Source: Armatimonadetes bacterium CG2_30_59_28
GTDB taxonomy: Bacteria > Armatimonadota > Abditibacteriia > CG2-30-59-28
DNA length: 64,000 bases
Assembly (NCBI GenBank): GCA_001872605.1
Contig: MNXM01000153.1
Span: 5,100 to 69,099 of the forward strand
Direction of reading: 5' to 3'
This document shows, piece after piece, positions 1 through 10,400 of this stretch. The position numbers and the translations under genes were made by a program. Numbering within the stretch: position 1 is the stretch's first letter; each line of letters begins with the position of its first letter. The notes beneath the pieces are model-generated. The model ran no database searches. It saw only the letters and a program-made list of their open reading frames with translations, and was not told the origin of the DNA.

Positions 1-100
1 ATGTCTGACTGCATCCATGTGAGAACGTTTTCCACCCAACCACGGCTTCTGTTCTACTCTCTGCTACCACCGTGGCGCGGAACAGCGCATTGGCGTTCCG

Positions 101-1702
101 TCAAATCAAGAAACGCAACGCCAGCGTCGCCAGTCCGAGAAAAAAAAGAAATCCACAGCAGTCGGTTACGGTGGTGACAAAAATGGCCGATGCCAACGCA
201 GGGTCGACTCCAATGGCGCGCAGTCCGAGGGGAACAACGACGCCAGCGCCCGCGGCGCAAGTGAGGTTCAAGAGCATTGCCACGGCGATGATTGCGCCGA
301 GCAGGATGCTGCCCTGCCACAGCCACATCACAGCCCCCACGAGGAATCCGATGGCAAGACCATTCAGCGCTCCCACCCCCAGTTCCTTCCAAAAGGCGCG
401 CCACGCGCCGCGACGGTCGATCTCTCCCAGCGCCAGACCGCGTACCATGATGGTCAACGTCTGGGATCCTGCATTGCCTCCCTGCCCCGCAACGATGGGC
501 ATCATCACGGCAAGCACGGATAGACGGGCGATGGTGTTCTCAAAGAGACTGACCACCCCCGCCGCCAGCAGCGCCGTCAGCAGGTTTACGGTCAACCACG
601 TAATGCGTCGACGCGCCGACTGGAAAACCGGAGCGAATATCTGCTCCTGGTGTGGCAGACCGACCATCACGTTGGCGTCTTCGGCAGCCTCCTCCTCGAT
701 CACTTCCACCACGTCATCCACCCGAACAACACCCTCCAGCACGTTGTTGTCGTCGACCACAGGGAGCGCGAGATAGTGATATTTTCTGAAAAGTCGGGCC
801 GCTTCTTCCTGATCTTCATCCACCTTCACTCGCACCACGTCATCAAGCATCAAGTCTGCAATTGAGATGGTGGGCGAGGCGGTTACGAGACGATGGAGAG
901 GCACAACGCCCAGCAATTCTCCCCGGTCTCCGGTCACATAGAGGTAGTGTGGACTTTCGCTGTCCTCCGCCCACTGCCGGATCGCCTCAATGGCTTCTGC
1001 AACTGTGCGGTCCATCGTGAGCGCGAGGAACTCGATGCTCATCTGCCCGCCGATGGAGTCGTCGGGGTGGGACATCAGCTCCGCGATATCAGTTCGTTCG
1101 TCGGGATCGACCCGCGCAAGCATATCTGCAGCGGTGTCCTCGTCCATCTCCTGAAGGAGGTCGGCGGCCTCCCGGGGATTTACGACTTCGAGAATGTCCG
1201 CGGCTTTCTCCGGCGCCAGCGCTTCGAGGATGTCGGAGGCTTCATCCTCCCCCATCTCCTCCAACACATCCGCGGCAACATCCAGCGAAAACTGCCCCAG
1301 CAGTTCGGCGGCCCTGCTCGTAGGAACGATCTCCAGCACGTCCGCGATATCTTCGGGCGCCATGCCCTCCAAGAGATCGGCTGCCGTGCCGGGTGACATC
1401 GCAAGGAGAACATCTGAAGCGTGGTCGTCCTCCATCTCATCGAGAACGTCTGCCGCCGTTTCGTGCGGCAGGTCTTCGAGCATGTCACGCGCATGTTCCG
1501 GATGGACCTCCTCCAGAGCATCAGCGGCGGATTCCGCTTGCATGCTCTGAAACAGAATCGACGTATGATCCTGGAATGCGTCCAGAACGGAAATAAGATC
1601 CTCAACGGAACGATGAGACAACAAACCGGCGAGCCGTTCCGAGTTCTTCTCTGCCAACGCGGCCCGCACGTCGCCCAGCCACAGTTCTTGATTATCCATC
1701 AT
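101..1702 (-). CDS. mgtE: Magnesium transporter MgtE with expanded N-terminal acidic repeat domain
   Basis: MgtE_N-like helical repeats, CBS pair (YLYVTG...GVVPLHRL; KYHYLALPVVD), TM motifs MPIVAGQGGNAGSQ and VDPALASAIFVTTVTDCCG; GGAGG RBS before ATG at 1702. Confidence 0.93.
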   Translation of the reverse strand: MMDNQELWLGDVRAALAEKNSERLAGLLSHRSVEDLISVLDAFQDHTSILFQSMQAESAADALEEVHPEHARDMLEDLPHETAADVLDEMEDDHASDVLLAMSPGTAADLLEGMAPEDIADVLEIVPTSRAAELLGQFSLDVAADVLEEMGEDEASDILEALAPEKAADILEVVNPREAADLLQEMDEDTAADMLARVDPDERTDIAELMSHPDDSIGGQMSIEFLALTMDRTVAEAIEAIRQWAEDSESPHYLYVTGDRGELLGVVPLHRLVTASPTISIADLMLDDVVRVKVDEDQEEAARLFRKYHYLALPVVDDNNVLEGVVRVDDVVEVIEEEAAEDANVMVGLPHQEQIFAPVFQSARRRITWLTVNLLTALLAAGVVSLFENTIARLSVLAVMMPIVAGQGGNAGSQTLTIMVRGLALGEIDRRGAWRAFWKELGVGALNGLAIGFLVGAVMWLWQGSILLGAIIAVAMLLNLTCAAGAGVVVPLGLRAIGVDPALASAIFVTTVTDCCGFLFFLGLATLALRFLI

Positions 1703-1722
1703 TCCACCTCCAGTTCCCCACG

Positions 1723-2490
1723 TCACCCACGGCGGTCAGCGCCATGTCTGATTCCCTCAATCAATTCTCGCCGATACACCGGCGAGCACGCTAACAGAGG
1801 TCCGCCCGCTTTCCCGTCCAGTGATATCCGCGGAATGCCGTGCAAGTCAGTCACTTCCGCACCCGATTCCTGCAATATGCACAGGCCCGCTGCCACGTCC
1901 CAGATACTCCATCCCTCCAGGAGCGCTCCGACACACGTCCCGCGGGCCACATAGCACAGGTGGGCGGCGGTGCTGCCAAAACTACGCACTTTCTGAGGGA
2001 AGCTGAATGAGTACTCGGAGATGTAGGACGGAACGATAAAAATCTCTTCATCGTGCGAGCGTCTGTTTGCCGTAACTTTACATCGCTTCCCGTTGAAGTG
2101 TGCCCCTCGACGCTCAACCGCCCAATAGGTTTCCCGTATCTCCGGGAGATGCACCACCCCAAGAACCGGGATATTGTTCCGCAGGAGCCCCGCCGATACC
2201 CCCCAGTGCGGCAGCCCGGAAGCGTAGTTCACCGTCCCGTCGATGGGGTCGATGGCCCAACAGTATTCTGCCGTTCCCTTGTTGCCGCGTCGTCCCATTT
2301 CCTCGCCAACGATGTGGTGGTCGGGGCATGCGTCACGGATCCGGGAACGCAGCAGCGCCTCGACGGCCTTATCGGCTTCTGTTACCAGTGAACCGTCCAA
2401 CTTGGTGGACACGGCCACTTTCCCGCGTTGCGCCATAGCCAATTCTCCAGCCTCAACGGCCCAATCAACGGCTTGTTTGACATCGATCAT
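1723..2490 (-). CDS. Inositol monophosphatase (SuhB-like) family protein
   Basis: Motifs VTEAD, GEE, WAIDPIDGTVNY, SFGS, WDVAAG; ATG at 2490 chosen. Confidence 0.88.
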   Translation of the reverse strand: MIDVKQAVDWAVEAGELAMAQRGKVAVSTKLDGSLVTEADKAVEALLRSRIRDACPDHHIVGEEMGRRGNKGTAEYCWAIDPIDGTVNYASGLPHWGVSAGLLRNNIPVLGVVHLPEIRETYWAVERRGAHFNGKRCKVTANRRSHDEEIFIVPSYISEYSFSFPQKVRSFGSTAAHLCYVARGTCVGALLEGWSIWDVAAGLCILQESGAEVTDLHGIPRISLDGKAGGPLLACSPVYRRELIEGIRHGADRRG

Positions 2491-2816
2491 ATCGGGGTAC
2501 TCCTTCTGTGCGCGACCACCCACGTCAATACCTAAAACTAACTCACCCCGACCGGGCAGGCTGCCACCGAATCCAGAATAAGGCGCATACGCACGCGCGC
2601 GACCAGCGACGGTTATGAAGGCGCAGGGGGGCGCCTGCCAACCCGAAAAAACGATGGCGGCGCGAACGGCACGTATCAGTTATTCTACTGAATCCGGGTG
2701 CGATTTGGCAAATAGGATCGTGTCTGCGGGATTGATGGATCGGTCCCCACCCATTCCCTATTGCCCTCGATGCCGCTGGCAAGGTAAAGTATGCGGGTTA
2801 CACAATCCAACACAGG

Positions 2817-3722
2817 ATGGACACTCAGATGACAAACTACATCTTCCATTACGATTTAGAGAACGCAGAGATTTGCCCGAAGGCCGCCGTCGTGTTGCGC
2901 GAACTGCATGAAAAATTTCAGATTCCAGCCACCTTCTTCTGCCTTGGAAAGGTCCTTGAGCAACGCGGACCCGATCTCCTCAAGATTCTTGGAGATACGG
3001 ATTTGTTTGACATCCAGTCACACACCTACTCACACCAACTGCTGCGCGACAGCAAGATGCATGGTCCCGGCGTGTCGCTGGATGAATTGCGGAAGGAGGT
3101 CTCACTCGGGAAACGACTGGTGGAGGATGTGTTTCAGCGGGAGTGTATCGGCATCCGTTCCGGGTGCGGCTTCTACCGGGGACTTCAAGGCGAACCGGAA
3201 CGTCTCGCCATCGTTGTGGAGGAAGGTGCGAAGTACATCAGCACCGATCTGCGGGGACCCGCGGACTCCATTCCATCAGGTCTGGTGCAGGCGTACTGGT
3301 ATGACGAAGATGCTTCTCCCGGGTTGTTGGAGATGCCCGGGCATGGCTGGCATGACAACGTGCTGAAAATGGAGGAGTTCTACTGCCTGCTTTCGCCCTG
3401 GCCACGCTACGTCGAATGGGGCATTCCGCGACGTCCGGTGAAGAACCCCGAGGAGGAGTTCGAAGTACAAAAAATGTGGATCGATCACGCAGTGCAATTG
3501 GGGCTGGATTACGTGTCGCTCGTCTACCATCCGTGCTCAATCTTTCGCATGAGTCCCGACTGCCGCATCATCGAGCACATGATGCGGTATGTCACCGATC
3601 AAAGCATCCCCGCGACCACGTACACCCAACTCTACCGGCAGTATGCTGACTCACCCGCGAGCGTACCCGGGAGAAACGCCTGGACATGGGAATCCGAAAA
3701 ACAAACAGGCGACCTGTGGTAG
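2817..3722 (+). CDS. Polysaccharide deacetylase (NodB/CE4-like) family protein
   Basis: HYDLE, PATFF, IQSHTYSH and YHP motifs. Confidence 0.75.
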   Translation: MDTQMTNYIFHYDLENAEICPKAAVVLRELHEKFQIPATFFCLGKVLEQRGPDLLKILGDTDLFDIQSHTYSHQLLRDSKMHGPGVSLDELRKEVSLGKRLVEDVFQRECIGIRSGCGFYRGLQGEPERLAIVVEEGAKYISTDLRGPADSIPSGLVQAYWYDEDASPGLLEMPGHGWHDNVLKMEEFYCLLSPWPRYVEWGIPRRPVKNPEEEFEVQKMWIDHAVQLGLDYVSLVYHPCSIFRMSPDCRIIEHMMRYVTDQSIPATTYTQLYRQYADSPASVPGRNAWTWESEKQTGDLW

Positions 3723-3737
3723 AAGGGGGGTTACGCA

Positions 3738-4109
3738 ATGGACAAATCTGAAATGCTGGACCACTTGCTGACTCTTGCCGAACGGCTGGGAGTTGCGGTT
3801 CGCACCGGCCGCTACGAGGGCAAAGGGGGAATGGGGCTTGTGCGCGGTGAATGGGTGTTGCTCATCGACCGTTCGATGCCGGGAGAGTCACGCGTCGATT
3901 TACTGATCGATGAGTTGTGCCGCCTCGACTACGGCGATCAATACCTGCCTCCCATCATTCGCGACCTCCTCGACAAGGCCGCGGAGAGCATTGCTGAAGC
4001 CGAGCCACAGACACGGGAGAGCGGCATCGAGAGTGATAGGAGTCTCGCAGATGACTTGGCAACAGCGGAAGGAGAGGCGTATGACGTGCGCGGTGCAGAC
4101 GGGGATTGA
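3738..4109 (+). CDS. Hypothetical protein, weak resemblance to the IrrE/ImmA N-terminal fold without HExxH
   Basis: GAAGGGGG RBS, compact ORF whose end overlaps the next gene; LAERLGVAVR...VLLIDRSM...RVDLLIDEL. Confidence 0.5.
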   Translation: MDKSEMLDHLLTLAERLGVAVRTGRYEGKGGMGLVRGEWVLLIDRSMPGESRVDLLIDELCRLDYGDQYLPPIIRDLLDKAAESIAEAEPQTRESGIESDRSLADDLATAEGEAYDVRGADGD

Positions 4110-5247
4110 CGTTCTGAGAGACAACCACTTCGCCGACCTGCGCGGACGACGGGTCGGACTCCTCACCCATCGGGCGGCGGTAAGCTCTGATGGTCACACC
4201 ACTCTCGATCTGCTCCTGAATGCGGATGGCGTTGAGGTGGTCGCCGTCTTCACGCCGGAACATGGATACGGCGCGCAAATGGATGCAGCGGTGCCATCGA
4301 TCATCGACTCTGAAACCGGACTGCCCTTCCACAGTCTCTATGGAGCATCGCGCCGCCCGACTGCCGAACAACTGGCCGGCATCGATCTGCTTCTATTCGA
4401 CTTGCAGGACGTGGGCGCACGATTCTACACATACATCACCACGATGGGCCACACGATGGAAGAAGCCGCCCGGCTCGGGATTCCGTGCATCGTGTTGGAC
4501 CGACCTAATGTCATCACCGGTACCAAGCTCGAAGGCCCGATCATGGACCCAACTCTCAAGTCCTTTGTCGGGTACTTCCAGTTTCCCATTCGACACGGGA
4601 TGACAGTGGGAGAGGTGGCGCGTTGGCACGCAATCCAGGAAAAGCTGGACGTCGACTTGCGCGTGGTCAGTATGGTGGGTTGGGTGCGGACCATGTGGTT
4701 CGACGATACGGGGTTGCCGTGGACGCCGCCATCACCGGCGATGCGCTCTCCGACAACCGCCACCCTTTATCCGGGAATATGCTGCCTGGAACGCAGCAAC
4801 GTGTCTGTCGGGCGCGGGACCGACCATCCGTTTGAGTGGGTCGGAGCACCATGGGTTGACGAAAATTCTCTCGCAGGCATCCTTGAGGAAAGGCAAATTC
4901 CCGGCGTCAGTTTTCGAGCGATTGACTTCTCTCCTGCTGCCTCCTTGTATGCCGACGAGCTTTGCCACGGCATCGCTATTGAAGTCACCGACCGCGAACT
5001 TCTGAACTCCGTGCAGCTTGGATTTCAGGTGCTGGACGCCATCCACCGACAGAACCCTGTGGAGCTTGATTTCGGCAACTGCATTCCGCTGCTCGGGGAC
5101 GCGGCGTCCGTCTCGGCGCTGCAATCCTTCATACCGGTCGATGAGATTTTCGACACGTGGGAAAATGACCTGGGTACATTTTCCGAGGCGCGGAAGGAAG
5201 CGCTGCTGTATGCCGACCGCGTCAGACTTGGGGCAGTGGAAGAATGA
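4081..5247 (+). CDS. namZ: Exo-beta-N-acetylmuramidase NamZ family (DUF1343)
   Basis: TGIDVL, FTPEHG, LFDLQDVGARFYTYITT, VLDRPN, RHGMTVGE, PPSPAM, SVGRGTDHPFE; ATG at 4081. Confidence 0.88.
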   Translation: MTCAVQTGIDVLRDNHFADLRGRRVGLLTHRAAVSSDGHTTLDLLLNADGVEVVAVFTPEHGYGAQMDAAVPSIIDSETGLPFHSLYGASRRPTAEQLAGIDLLLFDLQDVGARFYTYITTMGHTMEEAARLGIPCIVLDRPNVITGTKLEGPIMDPTLKSFVGYFQFPIRHGMTVGEVARWHAIQEKLDVDLRVVSMVGWVRTMWFDDTGLPWTPPSPAMRSPTTATLYPGICCLERSNVSVGRGTDHPFEWVGAPWVDENSLAGILEERQIPGVSFRAIDFSPAASLYADELCHGIAIEVTDRELLNSVQLGFQVLDAIHRQNPVELDFGNCIPLLGDAASVSALQSFIPVDEIFDTWENDLGTFSEARKEALLYADRVRLGAVEE

Positions 5248-5618
5248 AGCATTCCTCTTTAGGAACGATCTGCGGTTCACTCGCGGCAGTGACGCTGGTT
5301 TTGTCCGGCTGTTCTCAGGGCTTTGAGGGTGCTCGCAACAGCCCTCCTTCTCCTCCCGTAACGCAAGCTGAGTCGGCCCTCGGAGACTCGCCATCTCCTG
5401 ATAGCGAACCCGCAACGGCGCCTGTTGTTGATCCCAGGTTGCGGATCCTGATGTCGAAGATAAACCTCAGAGCAACCGTTCAGGTGTCGACAGGAACGCC
5501 CCCAGTTTCACACTGGGGGGCTCTGCACTCAACTGAACGATTACACCTCCGATACATCAACATGATAAAGAACCGGGACGAGACGGGTGTAAGTAAGATT
5601 TGTGATGCGTGGTGGTAA
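5244..5618 (+). pseudogene. Putative lipoprotein interrupted by a MITE at 5585
   Basis: Lipobox VLSGC and ATGA overlap with namZ; the last 11 codons and the stop lie inside the MITE. Confidence 0.55.
5540..5568 (-). promoter_or_regulatory. Sigma-70-like promoter (TTATCA-N17-TGTAAT), antisense, 16 bp from the MITE end
   Basis: Reverse complement of 5563-5568 is TTATCA and of 5540-5545 is TGTAAT; 17-nt spacer. Confidence 0.4.
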
Positions 5619-5881
5619 TCAGCCCCCTGGGGCCGGGCAGGCATAAACGAAAGGTTGGGGAAACCTACGCGAGTGAACGGGGACAGTAACAACCCCCATC
5701 CGGTCTTCGACCACCTTCCCCTGTGCGAACCGTTTTGGTTCGATAACGGGGGAAGGTGCGAACCCTTTGGGTTCGAGGATGGGGGTTGTTGCATGAGCTC
5801 ACTCAGGACCGACGAACCGCGAACTGCGTTACACAATCACTGTCGGCTTCCAGACTATAGGCGCCTATGGTTCCGGCTGGG
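5585..5881 (+). mobile_element. MITE family A, copy 1 (one TIR lost)
   Basis: Begins GGGTGTAAGTAAGATTTGTGA; collinear with the reverse complement of 50939-51225 up to ...CCGGCTGGG, then the distal TIR is missing. Confidence 0.85.
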
Positions 5882-6133
5882 AGAGATGCTTCGGAGGTGG
5901 CCCGACTGCTTTCCGACGCCAAACTGTTTTCGACACAAACCGACTATCGCGAGCTACTGAAAAAAGCGGGTGGAGAAAGCACAACAGCTTGTCCGGCAGG
6001 CGAAGAGGGGCGCCGTTGGCAATACGAGCGACAGCATAGAAGACCTGGTCCGCACCATGGCAGACTGCTCCCCATGTGACACGGACTTTCTCCGGACCCG
6101 GTCATCCGATCCTCAACTGCAAAGGTGAGTACC

Positions 6134-7474
6134 ATGTTAACCGAAATCCGCAAACCATACCTTCCGGCAACGCCGATAGACGAAGACGCTTTGCGCATCA
6201 CGAAGATGGAAACCGTGATCCCAGAGGACGTTTTCCCGGGGTTGCTGCTGCTCCGTGTCCACACCACCGAGGGAATTGTCGGGCACGGCGAGACTTACTA
6301 CTGCCCCCACGCCGTAGCGGCGATGGTGCACGATTGGATGGCGCGCCGGCTTCTCGGCGCGGACGCCCTGGCTATCGAGAGCCATTGGCGGTTCCTGTAT
6401 GAACGCGCAGCCAACTTCGGCGCGCGCGGTGCGGAGCTGCGCGCCATCTCCGCCATCGACCTCGCCCTCTGGGACATCCTTGGACAAGTCTGCAACCAAC
6501 CGATCTACCGGCTTCTGGGCGGGCCGGTGCGCGACAGGATTCCCGTCTACAACAGTTGTGGGAATCCGACCTACGGAATCAAGGCGAATGGCGATCAGGG
6601 GTGGCCTGGGTACGGCAGCCTCGGAGAGCCTGGCCCACTGTCCGACTCATTCAACTTCTTTCACGATCCTGCCGCGCTGGCGCAGGACCTGCTGGAATCC
6701 GGCTATTCAGCAATGAAAGTGTGGCCGTTCGACGCGGCGGCCCATCAGCACGGCGGGATGCGGATTTCGCGGGAAGACGTCGAGCGGGCTATCACTCCTT
6801 TGCGGAAGATTCGTGAGGCGTTCGGGACGCGCATGGAGTTCATGATAGACGGACACGCGTTCTTCCTGCTCCCCGCAGCGCTGCGGATTGCCGATGGCTT
6901 GCGTGACCTGAACCCGCTCTGGCTTGAGGACATTCTGAAGATGGACAACCTCGAAACTCTCGCAGACTTCCGCCGCCAATCACGCCTGCCCATCTCCGCC
7001 AGCGAGATGCTGTTGGCGCGCCCCGACTTCGCGGAACTGTTGCAGAAACACGCAGCCGACTACGTGATGATTGACCCAACGTGGGTGGGGGGAATTTCCG
7101 AGACAGCGCGGATCGCTCATCTCGCGCAAGCCCACAACATACCCGTCACCATGCACGATTGTACCGGCCCGCTCACTCTCTACGCCGGTCTGCACGTCAA
7201 CGCCGCCGTCGCAACCTGCTGCTACCAGGAGACCGTTCGAGCACACATCCACACCGTCTATCCCAGGCTAATCGACAAACAGATTGAGGTCAGGGACGGT
7301 TTCGTTGACATCCCCCGCGGCGCGGGATTGGGCGTCACGCTCAACCCGGATTTGTTCGACACGAGGTCCACGACATACCGCAGCAGTGAATGGGAGGTAC
7401 GTTCCCGTGACGATGCCGGAACCGACGAGAAAAGGCAATATGGCCGATCCGGCAGGGGCCGGGTTACACGTTGA
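6134..7474 (+). CDS. Mandelate racemase/muconate lactonizing enzyme (enolase superfamily) protein
   Basis: GIVGHGET, ISAIDLALWDILG, KVW, DGH, WLED, ASE, HDC motifs. Confidence 0.88.
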   Translation: MLTEIRKPYLPATPIDEDALRITKMETVIPEDVFPGLLLLRVHTTEGIVGHGETYYCPHAVAAMVHDWMARRLLGADALAIESHWRFLYERAANFGARGAELRAISAIDLALWDILGQVCNQPIYRLLGGPVRDRIPVYNSCGNPTYGIKANGDQGWPGYGSLGEPGPLSDSFNFFHDPAALAQDLLESGYSAMKVWPFDAAAHQHGGMRISREDVERAITPLRKIREAFGTRMEFMIDGHAFFLLPAALRIADGLRDLNPLWLEDILKMDNLETLADFRRQSRLPISASEMLLARPDFAELLQKHAADYVMIDPTWVGGISETARIAHLAQAHNIPVTMHDCTGPLTLYAGLHVNAAVATCCYQETVRAHIHTVYPRLIDKQIEVRDGFVDIPRGAGLGVTLNPDLFDTRSTTYRSSEWEVRSRDDAGTDEKRQYGRSGRGRVTR

Positions 7475-10400
7475 AGTACCTCGCGTCGGGGTGGTGGACG
7501 ACGAGGGCGGAGGTGGATTGTTCGGGTTCGAGTTGATAGCCGGTGGTCAGCCTGACGCCGATGGAGTTCTCTGCATCGAGAACCCGTACCAGCTTTTCCT
7601 GGTCTTCGAGATCAGGACACGCGCCGTAGCCAAAGCTGTAGCGCTTGCCGCGGTATTGCTGGTGGAAGATTTGCTCTACTTCGGGAGCGTCATCTCCCGC
7701 GATGCCGAGTTCCTCACGGATGCGCTTGTGGACAAGCTCTGCGAGACCTTCAGCAGCTTCCACGCTGAGTCCGTGGAAGTAGAGGTACTTGGTGTACTTA
7801 TCCTTCGCAAAATACTCCCGGCTGAGTTCGGTTGCCTTCGCCCCGATCGTGACAAGTTGGAGCGCTACCACGTCCATGACGCCGGAACCCACCGACATGA
7901 AGTAATCGGAGATGCAGGACTGGCTGCGGTCTTTCTGTCGGGGAAAAGTGAAGCGACACATTTCCCGACTCCCCTCGGGTTCGTAAAGGACGAGGTCGTC
8001 TTGTTCTGACTGGCACGGGAAGAAACCGTAGACAGCGCGCGGCGCGAGATGTCCATCACCAATGACCTCCTCCTGCAGTTCCTGCAACAAGTCCCGATAT
8101 TTTTCTGCGACGGCCGTCTCGAATCCCTTCCTGCTCAATCCGCGAATCTGCCATTGCCCTTTGAAGAGGGCAATGGGATTGACATAGCGGAAGACCTCGC
8201 GGAGATCGAGATCGTCGACGACTCGCGTCCCCCAGAAGGGCGCCACTGGAATGACAATGTCGCGACGAGTCTCAGTGCGTGCGCGATCTGAAGTCCGAGA
8301 CATTCTCCGGGCGGTTTTTTTCGCCTCGTTGCCTCCGACCGCGTCTGTGTGGGAATCACAGATGCGGCGCCCTTCATCCAGCTTCGCAGCTCTCCTGCTG
8401 GTGTCCATCAGCGCGTCCATTGTTTTCAGACCGGCAAAGGCGTCATCCCCATAGAATACCCCGTGGCGATAGGTCTGCCGCAGATCTTTCTCTACGTACC
8501 GCCGTGTCAGCGCCGCGCCGCCGCAGAGCACCGGGATGGTGAGTTCACGTCGCGCGAGATCCTCCAGGACATGCTTCATTTCAACCGTGGATTTGACGAG
8601 CAGCCCGCTGAGTCCGATGGCGTCCGCCTGCTGTTCCAAGGCCGCGGAGATGATGTTGTCCGACGGTTGCTTGATGCCAAGGTTGACGATCTGGTAGCCG
8701 TTGTTGGACAGGATAATATCGACCAGGTTCTTGCCGATGTCGTGCACGTCTCCCTTCACGGTGGCCAGCACCACCTTGCCCCGTGACATTCCCTCCAGCC
8801 TGTCCAAGTGAGGTTCCAGAAAAGTGACGGAAGCCTTCATCACCTGCGCCGCGTCGAGAACGGAAGGGAGCTGCATCTTCCCGTTGCCGAAGAGGTCGCC
8901 CACGGTTCGCATCCCGTCGAGGAGGATAGTGTTGATGATCTCCAGCGGCGCGCGCTCCTGCATCGCCTGTTCCAGCAGCTCTTGAATCCGCACCTGCCGA
9001 CCACCGATGCCAGCAACTCTCTCCCCGTTGATGAGCATGTGTTTGATGCGCTCCTCGAGAGTCATCACTCGGTCTGGCAAGCGCTCTGCTTGAGGCGCGG
9101 TCCCCTTGTGTGTATCGAAGTGGTTCATGTAGTTGGCCAGCGGGTTTCCATTGGAGGTGTCATGCTCAATCAGTCGACGGGCGAGATCAACTTCCTCATC
9201 CGGAATCTTGAAGAGAGGGAATATCTTCTCATAGTTGACGATGGCCATGTCGAGACCGCGCTCGACAGCCTTATGCAGAAAGACACTATTGAGAACTCGT
9301 CGCGAGTGCGGGGACAACCCGAAGGAGATGTTGCTGACACCCAGGTTGGTGAAACAGCCGGGCAACTTCTCCTTGATGAGAAACACGGCCTCCAGCGTTT
9401 CCATCCCCGCGGTGCGGTATTCCTCCTGTCCGGTGCTGATGGGCAACACCAGTGGGTCGAAGATCAGGTCCTGCGGGCGAAGTCCGTGTTTAACGGTGGC
9501 GATGGAATGGATGCGCTCAGCAATCTCCAACTTCTTCTGTGCGGTGAGAGCCATGCCGTCTTCGTCGATGGTCAGGGCAATGACGGCCGCGCCAAACTCC
9601 CGAGCGAGAGGACAAACACGATCCGTGCGCTTCTCGCCGTCTTCGAGGTTAATCGAGTTAATGATCGCCCTTCCGGGAATGTGCTTCAGCGCTTCCTCGA
9701 TGGCGTCGGCTTCCGTGGAGTCGATCACGAGGGGAGCCGAAACGCGTGTGGCAAGAGACGAAATTACCTTCCGCATATTCGCTTTCTCATCTTCACCGAC
9801 AATCGCAACACAAACGTCCAGAGCGTGTGAACCCTCATTCACGAGACCGCGGGCCAGGGACAGCATTTCGTCGAATCGCTCTTCCTGGACCATCTCCCGA
9901 AAAAGACCGGACTGCGTGGTGGCATTCATCTTCTCGGCGACGATGGTTGGCGCGGGTTCCTGTCGAATCGGCGCGCTCGTGTAGCAACTTGCGATGGAGG
10001 GAGCGTACTGCGCCTCGCGTCTCCGAGGAGTGCAGTTGCCGACAGCCTCGATCAGCGCTTTCAGGTGCTCCGGTGTCGTTCCGCAACACCCGCCCACGAT
10101 GCTCACTCCGTACTCCGTGACGAACTCTCTGAGCGACAACGCAAAGTCTTCAGGAGTCAGATGGTAAACGGCTTTCCCGTCGTCACTGGTGGGAAGACCC
10201 GCGTTGGGGACACAGGACACAGGCGCGGGACTGTACTCTCCCAGGTAACGGATGGCATCATTCATTTCCGCAGGTCCAGTGGCGCAGTTCATCCCGATGG
10301 CATCCAAACCGTAAGGCTCCAGCGTCGTTAGCGCCGCGTCGATTGCAGTGCCGACGAGCATGGCGCCCGTCGTCTCGATGGTCACCTGCACCATCATCGG

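Noticed and set aside
2540-2720. Possible further GGGTG-ended element (GGGTGCGATTTGG at about 2697; CCGGGCAGG motif)
   Set aside because: No partner TIR or target duplication, and only short matches to family A.
8808-9830. Long plus-strand ORFs opposite metH (also 37262-38386, 42287-43708, 46443-47354, 61666-62646)
   Set aside because: Antisense shadows of well-supported genes in GC-rich DNA; no recognisable motifs.
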